A stretch of DNA of 64,000 nucleotides from Chloroflexota bacterium (lineage in GTDB: Bacteria > Chloroflexota > Limnocylindria > QHBO01), in contig JBBPIR010000001.1 of the NCBI GenBank assembly GCA_038040195.1, positions 489,141 through 553,140 on the forward strand, in the 5' to 3' direction. Both the position numbers and the translations under genes were made by a program. Shown here piece after piece: positions 1 to 8,832 of this stretch. Position 1 is the first letter of the stretch; each line of letters starts with the position of its first letter. Under the pieces are notes generated by a model. The model worked only from the letters and a program-made list of their open reading frames with translations. It searched no databases and had not been told where the DNA came from.

Positions 1-39
1 CCGCTCGCGTTTCCGCACTGACCACGAGGGCTGCGTTCG

Positions 40-1005
40 TTGACCGATCCCCCCGCGCCTCCCGCTGATGAGCCCCTCCGCGGCGAGCTGGCAGACGAGC
101 TGACCGACGCCCTGCAGCGGGTTCCCGAGACAGCCGGTCGCGACCTCACCTTCGTCCCGCTCTCAGGCGGGATCACCAACCGCAACTTCCTGATCACGCT
201 GGCCGGCGAAGCCGATCGGTACGTCATCCGCCTGGCCGGGAACGACACCCACCTGCTCGGCATCAGCCGCGAGGTCGAGCACGCGGCCACCGTGGCCGCC
301 GCCGGGGTGGGCGTCGGGCCCGAGGTGGTGGCCTTCATCCGGCCCGAGGGCTACCTGGTGACGCGCTTCATCGTCGGCACCCCGGTCTCCCTGGAACAGG
401 TCCACGACCCGGCGACCCTGGCCCGCGTGGCGGACTCCATCCGCCGCATCCATGGCGGCCCGGCCATCCCCGGCCTGTTCGTCCCGCTGCGCGTGGCCGA
501 GGCCTATCGCGCACTGGCGGCCGCGCGCGGCGTCCCCGATCCCGCGGACTGGGAGGCGGCCTACGCCGCCGGCCGCCGGATCGAGCGGGCCCTCCTCGAC
601 GCTCCGCTGCCCCTCCATCCGTGCCACAACGACCTGCTCAACGCGAACTTCATCGACGATACGGAGCGGATCCGAATCGTGGACTGGGAGTACGCCGGGA
701 TGGGCGATCCCTTCTTCGACCTGGGCAACTTCAGCATCAACCACGAGCTGACCGCCGACGAGGATGCGGCGCTCCTGTCCGCCTACGACCGGACCGATGT
801 GCCCGATCCCGCCCGCCTGGCGCGAGTGGCCCTGATGCGGGTGGTCTCCGACTTCCGCGAGGCGATGTGGGGCGTCCTCCAGCAGGCCATCAGCACCCTC
901 GACGTGGACTTCGTCGAGTACGCCGACGGGCATTTCGCGCGCCTGCTGCGCCACGCGGCGGAGCCACGCTTCGAGCGGGCCTTGACCGAGGTCGAGGGTG
1001 GCTGA
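40..1005 (+). CDS. choline/ethanolamine kinase-like phosphotransferase (APH/ChoK superfamily)
   Basis: 321 aa ORF; Brenner-type catalytic motif HNDLLNANF and downstream IVDWEYAGMGDPFFDL (D-x-E-Y) typical of choline kinase/aminoglycoside phosphotransferase fold; stop overlaps GTG start of next gene. Confidence 0.6.
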   Translation: MTDPPAPPADEPLRGELADELTDALQRVPETAGRDLTFVPLSGGITNRNFLITLAGEADRYVIRLAGNDTHLLGISREVEHAATVAAAGVGVGPEVVAFIRPEGYLVTRFIVGTPVSLEQVHDPATLARVADSIRRIHGGPAIPGLFVPLRVAEAYRALAAARGVPDPADWEAAYAAGRRIERALLDAPLPLHPCHNDLLNANFIDDTERIRIVDWEYAGMGDPFFDLGNFSINHELTADEDAALLSAYDRTDVPDPARLARVALMRVVSDFREAMWGVLQQAISTLDVDFVEYADGHFARLLRHAAEPRFERALTEVEGG

Positions 1006-3424
1006 CGCCGTCCGGGTGGTCATCATCGGGGGCGGCGTCGGCGGCACGGCCATCGCCTACCACCTGGCGCGGCTGGGCTGGACCGATGTCGCCCTGGTCG
1101 ATCGGGCCGAGCTGACATCGGGATCGACGTTCCACTCGGCCGGCCTGGTGGGGCAGCTGCGGGCCAGCCCGACCCTGACCCGGATGATGGTCGACTCGGT
1201 GGCCACCTACCGCCAGCTGGCCGCCGAGACCGGGGTCGACCCCGGCTGGCGGGAGGTCGGTTCCCTCCGCCTGGCGTCTTCGCCGGAGCGGATGGAGGAG
1301 CTGCGCCGCCAGGCCGGTTGGGCCAAGGCCTACGGCCTGGAGATGGAGCTCGTGTCGGCCGATGAGGCTCACCGGCGCTTTCCGCTCATGTCGACCGACG
1401 GCGTCCTGGGCGCCGCGTGGCTGCCCACCGATGGCTATCTCGACTCTTCGGGCCTGACCCAGGCCCTGGCCGCCGGCGCCCGCCAGAACGGGGTGTCCAT
1501 CCGGGCCCGGACCCGGGTGACGGGGATTGCCGTCGAGCGTGGGCACGTGACCGGCGTCGAGACCGAGGAGGGGCCGATTCGATGCGAGGTGGTCGTCAAC
1601 GCCGGGGGCATGTTCGCGCCCGAGATCGGCCAGATGGCGAATGTGACGGTGCCCAGCATCCCGTTCGCGCACCAGTACCTGGTGACCGAGCCGATTGCCG
1701 GCGTCACGGCCGACCTGCCGCAGCTGCGCGACCCGGACAACCTGGTGTACTTCCGGCCCGAGGTGGCCGGGCTGGTCATGGGCGGCTACGAGCGGAATCC
1801 GGCGGCCTGGGGCCTGGACGGGATCCCGGCCGACTTCAATGGCAAGCTCCTGCCGCCGGACTGGCCGCGATTTGAGGAGATCAGCCGCGGCGCGCAGCGG
1901 CGCGTGCCCGCCATGGCCGAGGCCGGAGTCCGACAGGTCGTCAACGGCCCGGAGGCCTTCACGCCCGACAACGAGTTCATCCTCGGCGAGTCCGAGGTGC
2001 GCGGGTTCTTCGTGGCGGCCGGCTTCTCGGCCCACGGGATAGCCGGCGCTGGCGGGGTCGGTCGCCAGTTGGCCCGCTGGATCGTGGACGGGGAGCCGGA
2101 GTACGACCTGTGGAAGATGGACATCCGCCGCTTCGGGGCCCAGTACCGCTCGCGTGACTACACCCTGGCACGCGCTCACGAGAACTACGCGACGTACTAC
2201 GACATCCATTACCCGAAAGAGGAGCGCCAGTCGGCCCGCCCGCTGTGGATGTCCCCGACCTACTCCCGGCTGACGGAGCTGGGCTGCGCGTTCGGCGAGA
2301 AGTCGGGCTGGGAGCGGCCGAACTGGTTCGACGCCAACGCCCCGGCCGGCGACGAGTCCCTTCGCCCGCGGGGCTGGGCCGGAATGCACTGGTCGCCCGC
2401 CATCGGCGCCGAGCACCAGGCCACCCGTCAGACCGCCGCCCTGTTCGACGAGACGAGCTTCTCGAAGATCGAGATCAGCGGCCCAGGCGCGCTGGCCTTG
2501 CTCCAGCGCCTGTGCGACAACGACGTCGACCGGGCGGTGGGCCGCATCACCTACACCCAGATGCTGAACCGGCGGGGCGGGATCGAGTGCGACTTCACGG
2601 TGACCCGGCTGGGAGAGGATCGGTTCTTCATCGTCACCGGCACGGCCTTCGGCAACCACGACCTGGGCTGGATCCGCTCGCATGCGCCGAAGGACGGATC
2701 GGTCCAAGTGGCAGACGTCACCTCCGCCTGGGCGTGCCTGGGCATGTGGGGCCCGCGAGCCCGCGACATCCTGGCATCGGTGAGCGCGGATGACGTGTCG
2801 AACGAGGCGTTTCCGTACCTGACGGCGCGGAACATCTCGGTCGGGCAGGCGCCGGTGCAGGCGTTGCGAGTCACCTACGTCGGGGAGCTGGGCTGGGAGC
2901 TGTACACCCCCATGGAGCACGGGGCGGGGCTGTGGGACACGCTGTGGGCGGCGGGGCAGAGCCACGGGATGGTGGCCGGAGGCTATCGGGCCATCGACAG
3001 CCTGCGGCTGGAGAAGGGCTATCGGGTGTGGTCGAGCGACATCACCCCTGACGACAACCCCGACCAGGCGGGCCTGGGGTTCGCGGTGCGGATGAACAAG
3101 GCTGTCCCGTTCATCGGTCGCGAGGCGTTGCTGGCGGCACGCGACGCCGGCCTTGATCGGCGCCTGTGCTGCCTGGTGCTGGACGAGCCGTTGGCGGTGG
3201 CGCTGGGCAATGAGCCGATCCAGGTTGGGAGCGCGGTGGTGGGCCGGGTGACGAGCGGGGGCTACGGGTTCACGGTCGCGGCCAGCATCGCCTACGGCTA
3301 CCTTCCGGTGGAGCTGGGCGCGGTCGGCACCCGGGGCGAGGTCGAGGTCTTTGGGGAGTGGGTCGGCTGCACCGTGAGCGCCGAGCCGCTGTACGACCCG
3401 GAGGGGCTCCGGATCAAGTCCTGA
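998..3424 (+). CDS. dimethylglycine/sarcosine dehydrogenase family protein (FAD oxidoreductase fused to GcvT-like aminomethyltransferase domain)
   Basis: 808 aa; N-terminal dinucleotide-binding VVIIGGGVGGTAIAYHLA and HSAGL motif; long C-terminal folate-binding GcvT-like region; GTG start. Confidence 0.75.
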   Translation: MADAVRVVIIGGGVGGTAIAYHLARLGWTDVALVDRAELTSGSTFHSAGLVGQLRASPTLTRMMVDSVATYRQLAAETGVDPGWREVGSLRLASSPERMEELRRQAGWAKAYGLEMELVSADEAHRRFPLMSTDGVLGAAWLPTDGYLDSSGLTQALAAGARQNGVSIRARTRVTGIAVERGHVTGVETEEGPIRCEVVVNAGGMFAPEIGQMANVTVPSIPFAHQYLVTEPIAGVTADLPQLRDPDNLVYFRPEVAGLVMGGYERNPAAWGLDGIPADFNGKLLPPDWPRFEEISRGAQRRVPAMAEAGVRQVVNGPEAFTPDNEFILGESEVRGFFVAAGFSAHGIAGAGGVGRQLARWIVDGEPEYDLWKMDIRRFGAQYRSRDYTLARAHENYATYYDIHYPKEERQSARPLWMSPTYSRLTELGCAFGEKSGWERPNWFDANAPAGDESLRPRGWAGMHWSPAIGAEHQATRQTAALFDETSFSKIEISGPGALALLQRLCDNDVDRAVGRITYTQMLNRRGGIECDFTVTRLGEDRFFIVTGTAFGNHDLGWIRSHAPKDGSVQVADVTSAWACLGMWGPRARDILASVSADDVSNEAFPYLTARNISVGQAPVQALRVTYVGELGWELYTPMEHGAGLWDTLWAAGQSHGMVAGGYRAIDSLRLEKGYRVWSSDITPDDNPDQAGLGFAVRMNKAVPFIGREALLAARDAGLDRRLCCLVLDEPLAVALGNEPIQVGSAVVGRVTSGGYGFTVAASIAYGYLPVELGAVGTRGEVEVFGEWVGCTVSAEPLYDPEGLRIKS

Positions 3425-3447
3425 CCCCCGCCCGCCAGGGTTGGCGC

Positions 3448-4185
3448 TCAGCGCGCGGCGTACTCCCGGGCCGCGGCCAGGAACGAGGCCCACAGGTTCT
3501 CGAACTCGGGCGACGTGAACTCGGTCCGCTCGGGATGGCTCTGGACTGCCATCAGCCAGCGGTCCGGATCGGTGTCCTCCAGGGCTTCCACCAGGTCACC
3601 GTCGGCATGCGCGCTGTAGCCGCTAATGCGCAGGCGCTGCCCCACCTGTTCGGGCCGGATGGCCTGGTGGTGGTAGGTGTTTACCGAGGCCACTGTCTCG
3701 CCCAGGATCACCTCGAGCCGCGTGCCGGGTTCGATGTCCAGGTCATGGGAGGTGGCCTCCGGCGCGGGGTACGCGGGGCTGGTGTGGCCCTCGAGGTCCT
3801 GGACCAGGGACCCACCCCGGAAGACGTTGATGGCCTGCATCCCGCGGCAGATGCCGAACACCGGGACGCGGCGCTCCTCGGCCACGGCGAATGCGGCCTG
3901 CTCAAGGGCGTCGCGACCGGGCTCCACCACGGTCGTCGGGTGCGGCTCCTCGCCGAACAGCGCGGGGTCCAGGTCGGCCCCGCCGGAGAGGAGCAGGCCA
4001 TCCATGGCCACGAACGCCGCCTCACGCTCGGCGGGGCTGCTGTCCTCGTTGAGGACGATGACCTCGCCTCCGTGCCGCCGCACCCCCTCGAAGTAGCGGT
4101 CGTTCTTGCGCCACGCCACTTCTTCGTTGCGCGCGTGCTCCGGCGACTGCACGGTGACCACGATCCGCGGGTTTCGCTGTACCAC
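3448..4185 (-). CDS. class I glutamine amidotransferase-like gamma-glutamyl hydrolase (PuuD/peptidase C26 family)
   Basis: 245 aa; catalytic Cys in GICRGMQ, YHHQ and VQSHPE motifs of gamma-glutamyl-GABA hydrolase family. Confidence 0.65.
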   Translation of the reverse strand: MVQRNPRIVVTVQSPEHARNEEVAWRKNDRYFEGVRRHGGEVIVLNEDSSPAEREAAFVAMDGLLLSGGADLDPALFGEEPHPTTVVEPGRDALEQAAFAVAEERRVPVFGICRGMQAINVFRGGSLVQDLEGHTSPAYPAPEATSHDLDIEPGTRLEVILGETVASVNTYHHQAIRPEQVGQRLRISGYSAHADGDLVEALEDTDPDRWLMAVQSHPERTEFTSPEFENLWASFLAAAREYAAR

Positions 4186-4237
4186 GGCCCGATCTTACGC
4201 GGCCCGGGCACCCTTCACGCTTCGCCCGCGTGCTGGG

Positions 4238-4504
4238 TCACATAGGCCGTCGTCGACTGGTCACCATCTGGAACAGGAAGACGACGATGATCGCGCCCAC
4301 GGTGGCGGCGACGAGTGTCGAGATGTTGATGCCGGTTGTGTAGTCCTCGCCGGTCAGCGAGCTGAAGAGGAAGCCCCCAAGCACGGCGCCAACGATGCCG
4401 GCCACCAGGCCGCCCAGCCATCCATAACGCTCGTCACCAGGAACCACTTTGCTGGCGATCCAGCCGGCAATTGCCCCCACCACTAACCACGCAATGATGC
4501 TCAT
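4238..4504 (-). CDS. GlsB/YeaQ/YmgE family stress-response membrane protein
   Basis: 88 aa, three hydrophobic Gly-rich helices (IAGWIA, GGLVAGIVGAVLGGFL) typical of transglycosylase-associated family. Confidence 0.7.
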   Translation of the reverse strand: MSIIAWLVVGAIAGWIASKVVPGDERYGWLGGLVAGIVGAVLGGFLFSSLTGEDYTTGINISTLVAATVGAIIVVFLFQMVTSRRRPM

Positions 4505-4529
4505 GTCTCCACTCCCTTCGGTTTGCCGG

Positions 4530-4742
4530 TCAGCCGAGAGATCGGATCACCCACGCGCTCGGGGCGGGGGCGGGTGGCTCTTCAGCCGGAGGTGCGGTCG
4601 TTCCGCCCCCGCTGCCACCCAAGAGGAAGTACCACACGATGAAGCCGATGACCAGGATCGCCACGACAAGCCCGACGATCATGCCGGCTCCGTAGCCACC
4701 TGACGAGCCATCGCTCGGAACGTTGACGTTCGTCTGTCCCAT
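4530..4742 (-). CDS. small hypothetical membrane protein
   Basis: 70 aa, single TM helix flanked by Gly/Pro-rich tails; no recognisable family. Confidence 0.3.
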   Translation of the reverse strand: MGQTNVNVPSDGSSGGYGAGMIVGLVVAILVIGFIVWYFLLGGSGGGTTAPPAEEPPAPAPSAWVIRSLG

Positions 4743-4896
4743 GGGCCGATAAACCTCCGTGCTCTGGGGCGACTGGTGTCGGAACTAACGCCCGTGAGAT
4801 CATCGAGTGGGACGCTGGCTTCGTCAAGCCCTTAGGTCCCTCCTGAGCACGGGTAAAGATGCAAACTGCAAGGATGCAAACCGGATTGAGGACGAG

Positions 4897-5745
4897 ATGA
4901 CCTTCGAGCCAGGCGCGCGCCTCGACCCCGGGCAGGTCCGTGACGTGCGAGGCAAGGGAGGCGTGCTGGCGGTCGGGGGTGGCATCGGCGGCGTGATTCT
5001 GCTGGTTCTCTTTGTCGCGCTGGGCGGCGACCCGTCCCAGCTGCCGCCGGGGCTGCTCGAGGGCCAGACGGTCGGCACCGGCCAAGAGAGTGACCTGACG
5101 GAGGAATGCCAGACGGGGGCGGATGCCAACCTGCGCGACGACTGCCGCATCGTCGGCTACGTGAACAGCGTCCAGGCCTACTGGACTGAGGCCGTGGACG
5201 GCTATACCCCGGCCCTGACCACGTTCTTCACCCAGGCGGTCAACACGGGCTGCGGCACGGCCTCGAGCGCGGTCGGCCCCTTCTACTGCCCGCCTGACGA
5301 GAGCGTCTACATCGACCTCGGCTTCTTCGACCAGCTGGAGACCCGCTTCGGCGCCGAAGGTGGGCCCTTCGCCGAGGCGTACGTCATCGCGCACGAGTAC
5401 GGCCACCATATCCAGAACCTGCTCGGGGACCTCCAGCCTGGCGGAGGAACGGGTGCCGAGAGCCATGCGGTGCGCACCGAGCTCCAGGCCGACTGCTACG
5501 CGGGGGTGTGGGCCAGCAATGCGGTTGAAACGGGCTACCTGGAGCCGATCACGCCTGAGCAGGTCGCCCAGGCGCTCGACGCCGCCTCAGCCATCGGCGA
5601 CGATCGGATCCAGGAGCAGACGCAGGGACAGGTGAACCCCGAGACCTGGACGCACGGCTCGTCCGAGCAGCGTCAGGCGTGGTTCCGCGTCGGGCTCGAC
5701 AGCGGCGACCCGAACGACTGCGACACGTTCAGCGCCGACATCTAA
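4897..5745 (+). CDS. neutral zinc metallopeptidase (YpfJ/PF04228-like)
   Basis: HEYGHH (HExxH) zinc motif, N-terminal TM anchor; start placed at ATG 4897 ([10 protein letters not shown]) within longer track ORF 4807..5745. Confidence 0.7.
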   Translation: MTFEPGARLDPGQVRDVRGKGGVLAVGGGIGGVILLVLFVALGGDPSQLPPGLLEGQTVGTGQESDLTEECQTGADANLRDDCRIVGYVNSVQAYWTEAVDGYTPALTTFFTQAVNTGCGTASSAVGPFYCPPDESVYIDLGFFDQLETRFGAEGGPFAEAYVIAHEYGHHIQNLLGDLQPGGGTGAESHAVRTELQADCYAGVWASNAVETGYLEPITPEQVAQALDAASAIGDDRIQEQTQGQVNPETWTHGSSEQRQAWFRVGLDSGDPNDCDTFSADI

Positions 5746-5765
5746 CTGAGTAGCCGCCCTCGACC

Positions 5766-5800
5766 GATGAGCAGAAGGCCCTGCTCGTCGAGCGCTTCCG
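5766..5800. terminator. candidate bidirectional terminator hairpin between convergent genes
   Basis: imperfect inverted repeat ctcgaccgatgagcag...ctgctcgtcgag located between stop of metallopeptidase (+) and stop of prk (-). Confidence 0.25.
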
Positions 5801-5809
5801 GCAGTGGGT

Positions 5810-6805
5810 TCAGCCGCTCGCCGCCGCCGAGGCCGCGGAGGCTCCGAACGTCAACCCGCGCTCCAAGCCGGCCTGCACGACCTGATAGGCGATGAGGAGT
5901 TGCGTGAGCGCCAGCGGGTCGGAGTGCCGCTCCACGCTGCCGTCGAGGTAACTGCCGATCTCCCCGGGACGGAGGTGACGATGCGTCTCCATGTGCGCCC
6001 AGATTCGCTCATCGAGCTCGAGAGAGCGTGAGGGCGAAACCGCTCCGTCGATCTCCAGGATGGAAGCGCCCGTAGCGTCCGCCTCCTGCTCGAGGCGAAT
6101 CGGGGGTGGCTCGTCCGCGGCGGCGCTCGCCAACACGTCGCCGAGGTCGAGCCGAGGAAGCCCAGGGCCGAGCCTGAGACGCACGTTCAGATGGGCGTCG
6201 TGATCGACGGCGGTTCCGGCCCGGAAATAGCCGGCCGGTGGGTAGAACTGGACGAGCATATCGGCGTACGCGCGCTGGGGTGCGAGGTACCGCCGATGGT
6301 CATCGCGCCTGTCGACGATCTGGCGGATGACTTCCGGCACGCTGTATCCGCGCTCCGCGCAGTCCCGCTTAACCTTCCAGGCCCACTTCAGCTCCTCCTG
6401 CGGCTGCAGCCACACGCGAACATCAAACGCGTTTCGCAGGTTCGCGGTCATCAGCGGAAAGAGGCCGCGGATGACGACGATCTCGCGCGGCTCGACATCC
6501 TCGCGCTGGCCGAAGGTCCCCGTCGAGTGGTCATAAGTTGGCTTCGAGATGGTCTCGCCGCGTGCAACAGCGGCGACCTGTCGCGCCATGAGCTCAATGT
6601 CGTTCGCGGCCGGGTTGAGGGCGGTCACGCCGAGCCGCTTGCGCTCTGCTCGGTCCAGCTTGTGGTAATCGTCGAGGCACAGGTTGGTGATCCGCTCCGC
6701 GCCGAAGATCCGATACAGGCCCCTGACCAGCGTCGTCTTGCCGCTGCCGCTGTCGCCTCCCACGGCCACCATGATCGGGCGATGGAAGTTCGTCGCCGCC
6801 ATCAA
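5810..6805 (-). CDS. prk: phosphoribulokinase
   Basis: 331 aa; P-loop GDSGSGKTT; strong similarity along length to cyanobacterial/bacterial PRK (ICLDDYH, ISKPTYDH, KWAWKVKRDCAERGYS); immediately downstream of rbcL on same strand. Confidence 0.85.
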   Translation of the reverse strand: MMAATNFHRPIMVAVGGDSGSGKTTLVRGLYRIFGAERITNLCLDDYHKLDRAERKRLGVTALNPAANDIELMARQVAAVARGETISKPTYDHSTGTFGQREDVEPREIVVIRGLFPLMTANLRNAFDVRVWLQPQEELKWAWKVKRDCAERGYSVPEVIRQIVDRRDDHRRYLAPQRAYADMLVQFYPPAGYFRAGTAVDHDAHLNVRLRLGPGLPRLDLGDVLASAAADEPPPIRLEQEADATGASILEIDGAVSPSRSLELDERIWAHMETHRHLRPGEIGSYLDGSVERHSDPLALTQLLIAYQVVQAGLERGLTFGASAASAAASG

Positions 6806-8143
6806 TCAGAACCTCACGCCCGACCACAGGTCGAGCGCCTGGCGCAATTCGGGGCAGGTACGCGCCGCGTGCGCGAGCGTCTGCCCGGCGGCCACCGCCT
6901 CCACCGCAACCCGCGCGGCGGTGGCACCGGCCCGGCTGCCGCCCGGATGGCCGTGCACGCCTCCACCGAACAGGAAGAAGGCGTCCGTCCCGAAGACCTC
7001 GTCGAGCTGGGGAACGTGGCCCGGGTGCAACCCGCCTGAGGCGACGGGAACCAGGGGCTTGAGCTCGCCCCAGGCCTGGTCGAACAGCGTCCCACCCCCG
7101 GCCGGCGCGAACGCGGCGGTCATCATTCGACGCCGCTCGCCCATCTCCTGGATGGTTCCCTCCAGCTTCCCGACCCCGGTGCCGACGTGGACGTGGTCCG
7201 CGCCCATCAGCCGCGCCCACTTGGCGATGACCAAGAAGTCCACGCCGTGGTCGGGGTGGCGATCCATCACCGCATGCATCGCCCGATGCGCGTGCAGCGC
7301 CAGGCCCAGCCGCTCGGTCTCCGCACGCAGCGACGCAGTCGCCGCGAAACCCGCCGTCAGGAAGTCGACCATCACGAACCGGCCGCCCTCGTCGGCCACC
7401 AGGTTGGCGCGGCGAAGCATCTCGCTGGTCTCGGCGGCGGTGACGTTGGCCCAATAGCCCTTGCGCTCCCCGGTCTCGGCCTCCGCGCGTTGCACGAGCT
7501 CCAGTGTCCGCCGGATGCGCTCGTCGAACGGCGACCAAGCCTGACTGTTCAGGTTCTCGTCGTCCTTGACGGTGTCGATCCCGCCCCGCAGCGTCTCGTA
7601 GGCGCGCCGCGCATGCTCGGCGGGCGAGAGCCCCAGTTTGGGTTTGATGGTAGATCCGGTCATCGCCCGGCCATGAACGTTCAGCTTCTCCCGGACGCCG
7701 GAGATGCCGAACGCAGGCCCTGGGAACGATTCGACCAGGGGTAGGGGGATACGCATGTCGAGCAGGCGAAGCGCGCTCACCGCCTTGAACCCAAAAACGT
7801 TGCCCACCACGCTGGACAGGATGTTGGGGATGCTGCCGAACTCGAACAGGTCAATCGGGTACGCGATCAAGGCGACGTCGGCGGCGATCCGGTACACCCG
7901 CGCCCGGAGCTGGTAGGCCAGGCCCTCGTCATCCTCGCTCACCTCGGTCCAGGTCCCCGTCGAGGACTCGGCCGCCACCGCCGCCGCGGCCTCCTCCATC
8001 GAGGTGTCCTCACGCGGGGCGAGCTTGAACGCAACCAGCAAGTCAGTCGCGGCGGGAACGTAGTCGAGGGCCAGATACAGCTCTTGGTACGAATGAACCC
8101 CACTGGTCCGCTCAGGTCCCGTCTGCGTTGAAGGCTGGGTCAT
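6806..8143 (-). CDS. rbcL: ribulose-1,5-bisphosphate carboxylase/oxygenase large subunit, form III-like
   Basis: 445 aa; AAVAAESSTGTWT, catalytic TIKPKLGLS, carbamylation motif GGIDTVKDDENL, HAHRAMHAV, GKLEG loop 6, VASGGLHPG, FGGG; length and C-terminus resemble archaeal form III; no small subunit gene nearby. Confidence 0.85.
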   Translation of the reverse strand: MTQPSTQTGPERTSGVHSYQELYLALDYVPAATDLLVAFKLAPREDTSMEEAAAAVAAESSTGTWTEVSEDDEGLAYQLRARVYRIAADVALIAYPIDLFEFGSIPNILSSVVGNVFGFKAVSALRLLDMRIPLPLVESFPGPAFGISGVREKLNVHGRAMTGSTIKPKLGLSPAEHARRAYETLRGGIDTVKDDENLNSQAWSPFDERIRRTLELVQRAEAETGERKGYWANVTAAETSEMLRRANLVADEGGRFVMVDFLTAGFAATASLRAETERLGLALHAHRAMHAVMDRHPDHGVDFLVIAKWARLMGADHVHVGTGVGKLEGTIQEMGERRRMMTAAFAPAGGGTLFDQAWGELKPLVPVASGGLHPGHVPQLDEVFGTDAFFLFGGGVHGHPGGSRAGATAARVAVEAVAAGQTLAHAARTCPELRQALDLWSGVRF

Positions 8144-8413
8144 GGCACCGTGGCTCCCTCTTCGCTTCCCATCTCAGGCCTCCCTACACCTCCGCGGCCG
8201 CGTTGAATTATGGTCAGCCTGAGTGCCCTCGGCAGGTTCGAACAGGGCCGTTCGTACCGAAAACGCCCCGGCAACGAACCTTCGCGACACAGGATCAGCC
8301 GCACCGGCAGCCGTTGTCCAACCGCGCCGGCTCCGGTGGTGAGCGTCAACAGGGGCTCTGACCGAACAAACGGTCGAGGTCAAAGCCTTCTGGCCTGGCT
8401 TCGTGCTCGATGT

Positions 8414-8459
8414 TGGAGCCGAAGGTGGGATTCGAACCCACGACCGACGGTTTACGAAA
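8414..8459 (-). repeat. 46 bp tRNA-Thr 3'-half fragment (putative att site, direct repeat of 16386..16431)
   Basis: identical 46 nt to the 3' portion (anticodon loop to acceptor end) of tRNA-Thr at 16386..16460; no matching 5' acceptor strand upstream so not a complete tRNA. Confidence 0.7.
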
Positions 8460-8713
8460 TGCGGCCAGCTCCGTCCACTGGCGTCGTGTCATGCTCACTG
8501 AGAGTGGACGCCGCAGAATTGCCGTCCGCCGAAATCCGCAGGTAGCGCTCCCGTCCATCCCGTGGGGCGTCAGCAGGGGCGTCACCCGCTAGATGCAGCC
8601 CTGGAAACGTTGTCCAGGGCCTCGGCTGGGGCCGGCGGGACGAGAACTCCAGTCGGGCAACTGCGGGGAGTCTACGGGCGCCTTAAGGCGGGTGCCAGTT
8701 GGTGAGTGGGGTA

Positions 8714-8768
8714 GTAGACATAGCGGTCCGAAGTTGCCGGTAGCGCGGTATTGGTCAGAAGTTGCCGG
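8714..8768. repeat. two copies of a ~27 bp motif (GTAGACATAGCGGTCCGAAGTTGCCGG / GGTCAGAAGTTGCCGG) in island-boundary intergenic region
   Basis: near-identical motif recurs at 12668..12694. Confidence 0.5.
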
Positions 8769-8832
8769 CGCAGTCCGAGTCGCGCCACTCTCAGCGAGGA
8801 AGCTGGTACAGGATCCTGCCTCCGGGCAACGG

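Noticed and set aside
890-3493. 867-aa ORF on minus strand antisense to the DMGDH gene
   Set aside because: Arg/Gly/Pro/Ala-rich low-complexity translation typical of the antisense frame of a high-GC gene. The sense-strand gene has clear homology.
6806-8143. RuBisCO-like protein (form IV) interpretation
   Set aside because: All carboxylase active-site residues are present: KPK, KDDE, H in HAHRAMHA, loop-6 K, and SGG/GGG phosphate sites.
8390-8520. Possibility that 8414..8490 encodes a second complete tRNA
   Set aside because: The reverse complement lacks a 5' acceptor strand (GCCGAAG) and D-arm. Only the 3' 46 nt match tRNA-Thr, so it is a fragment or att repeat.
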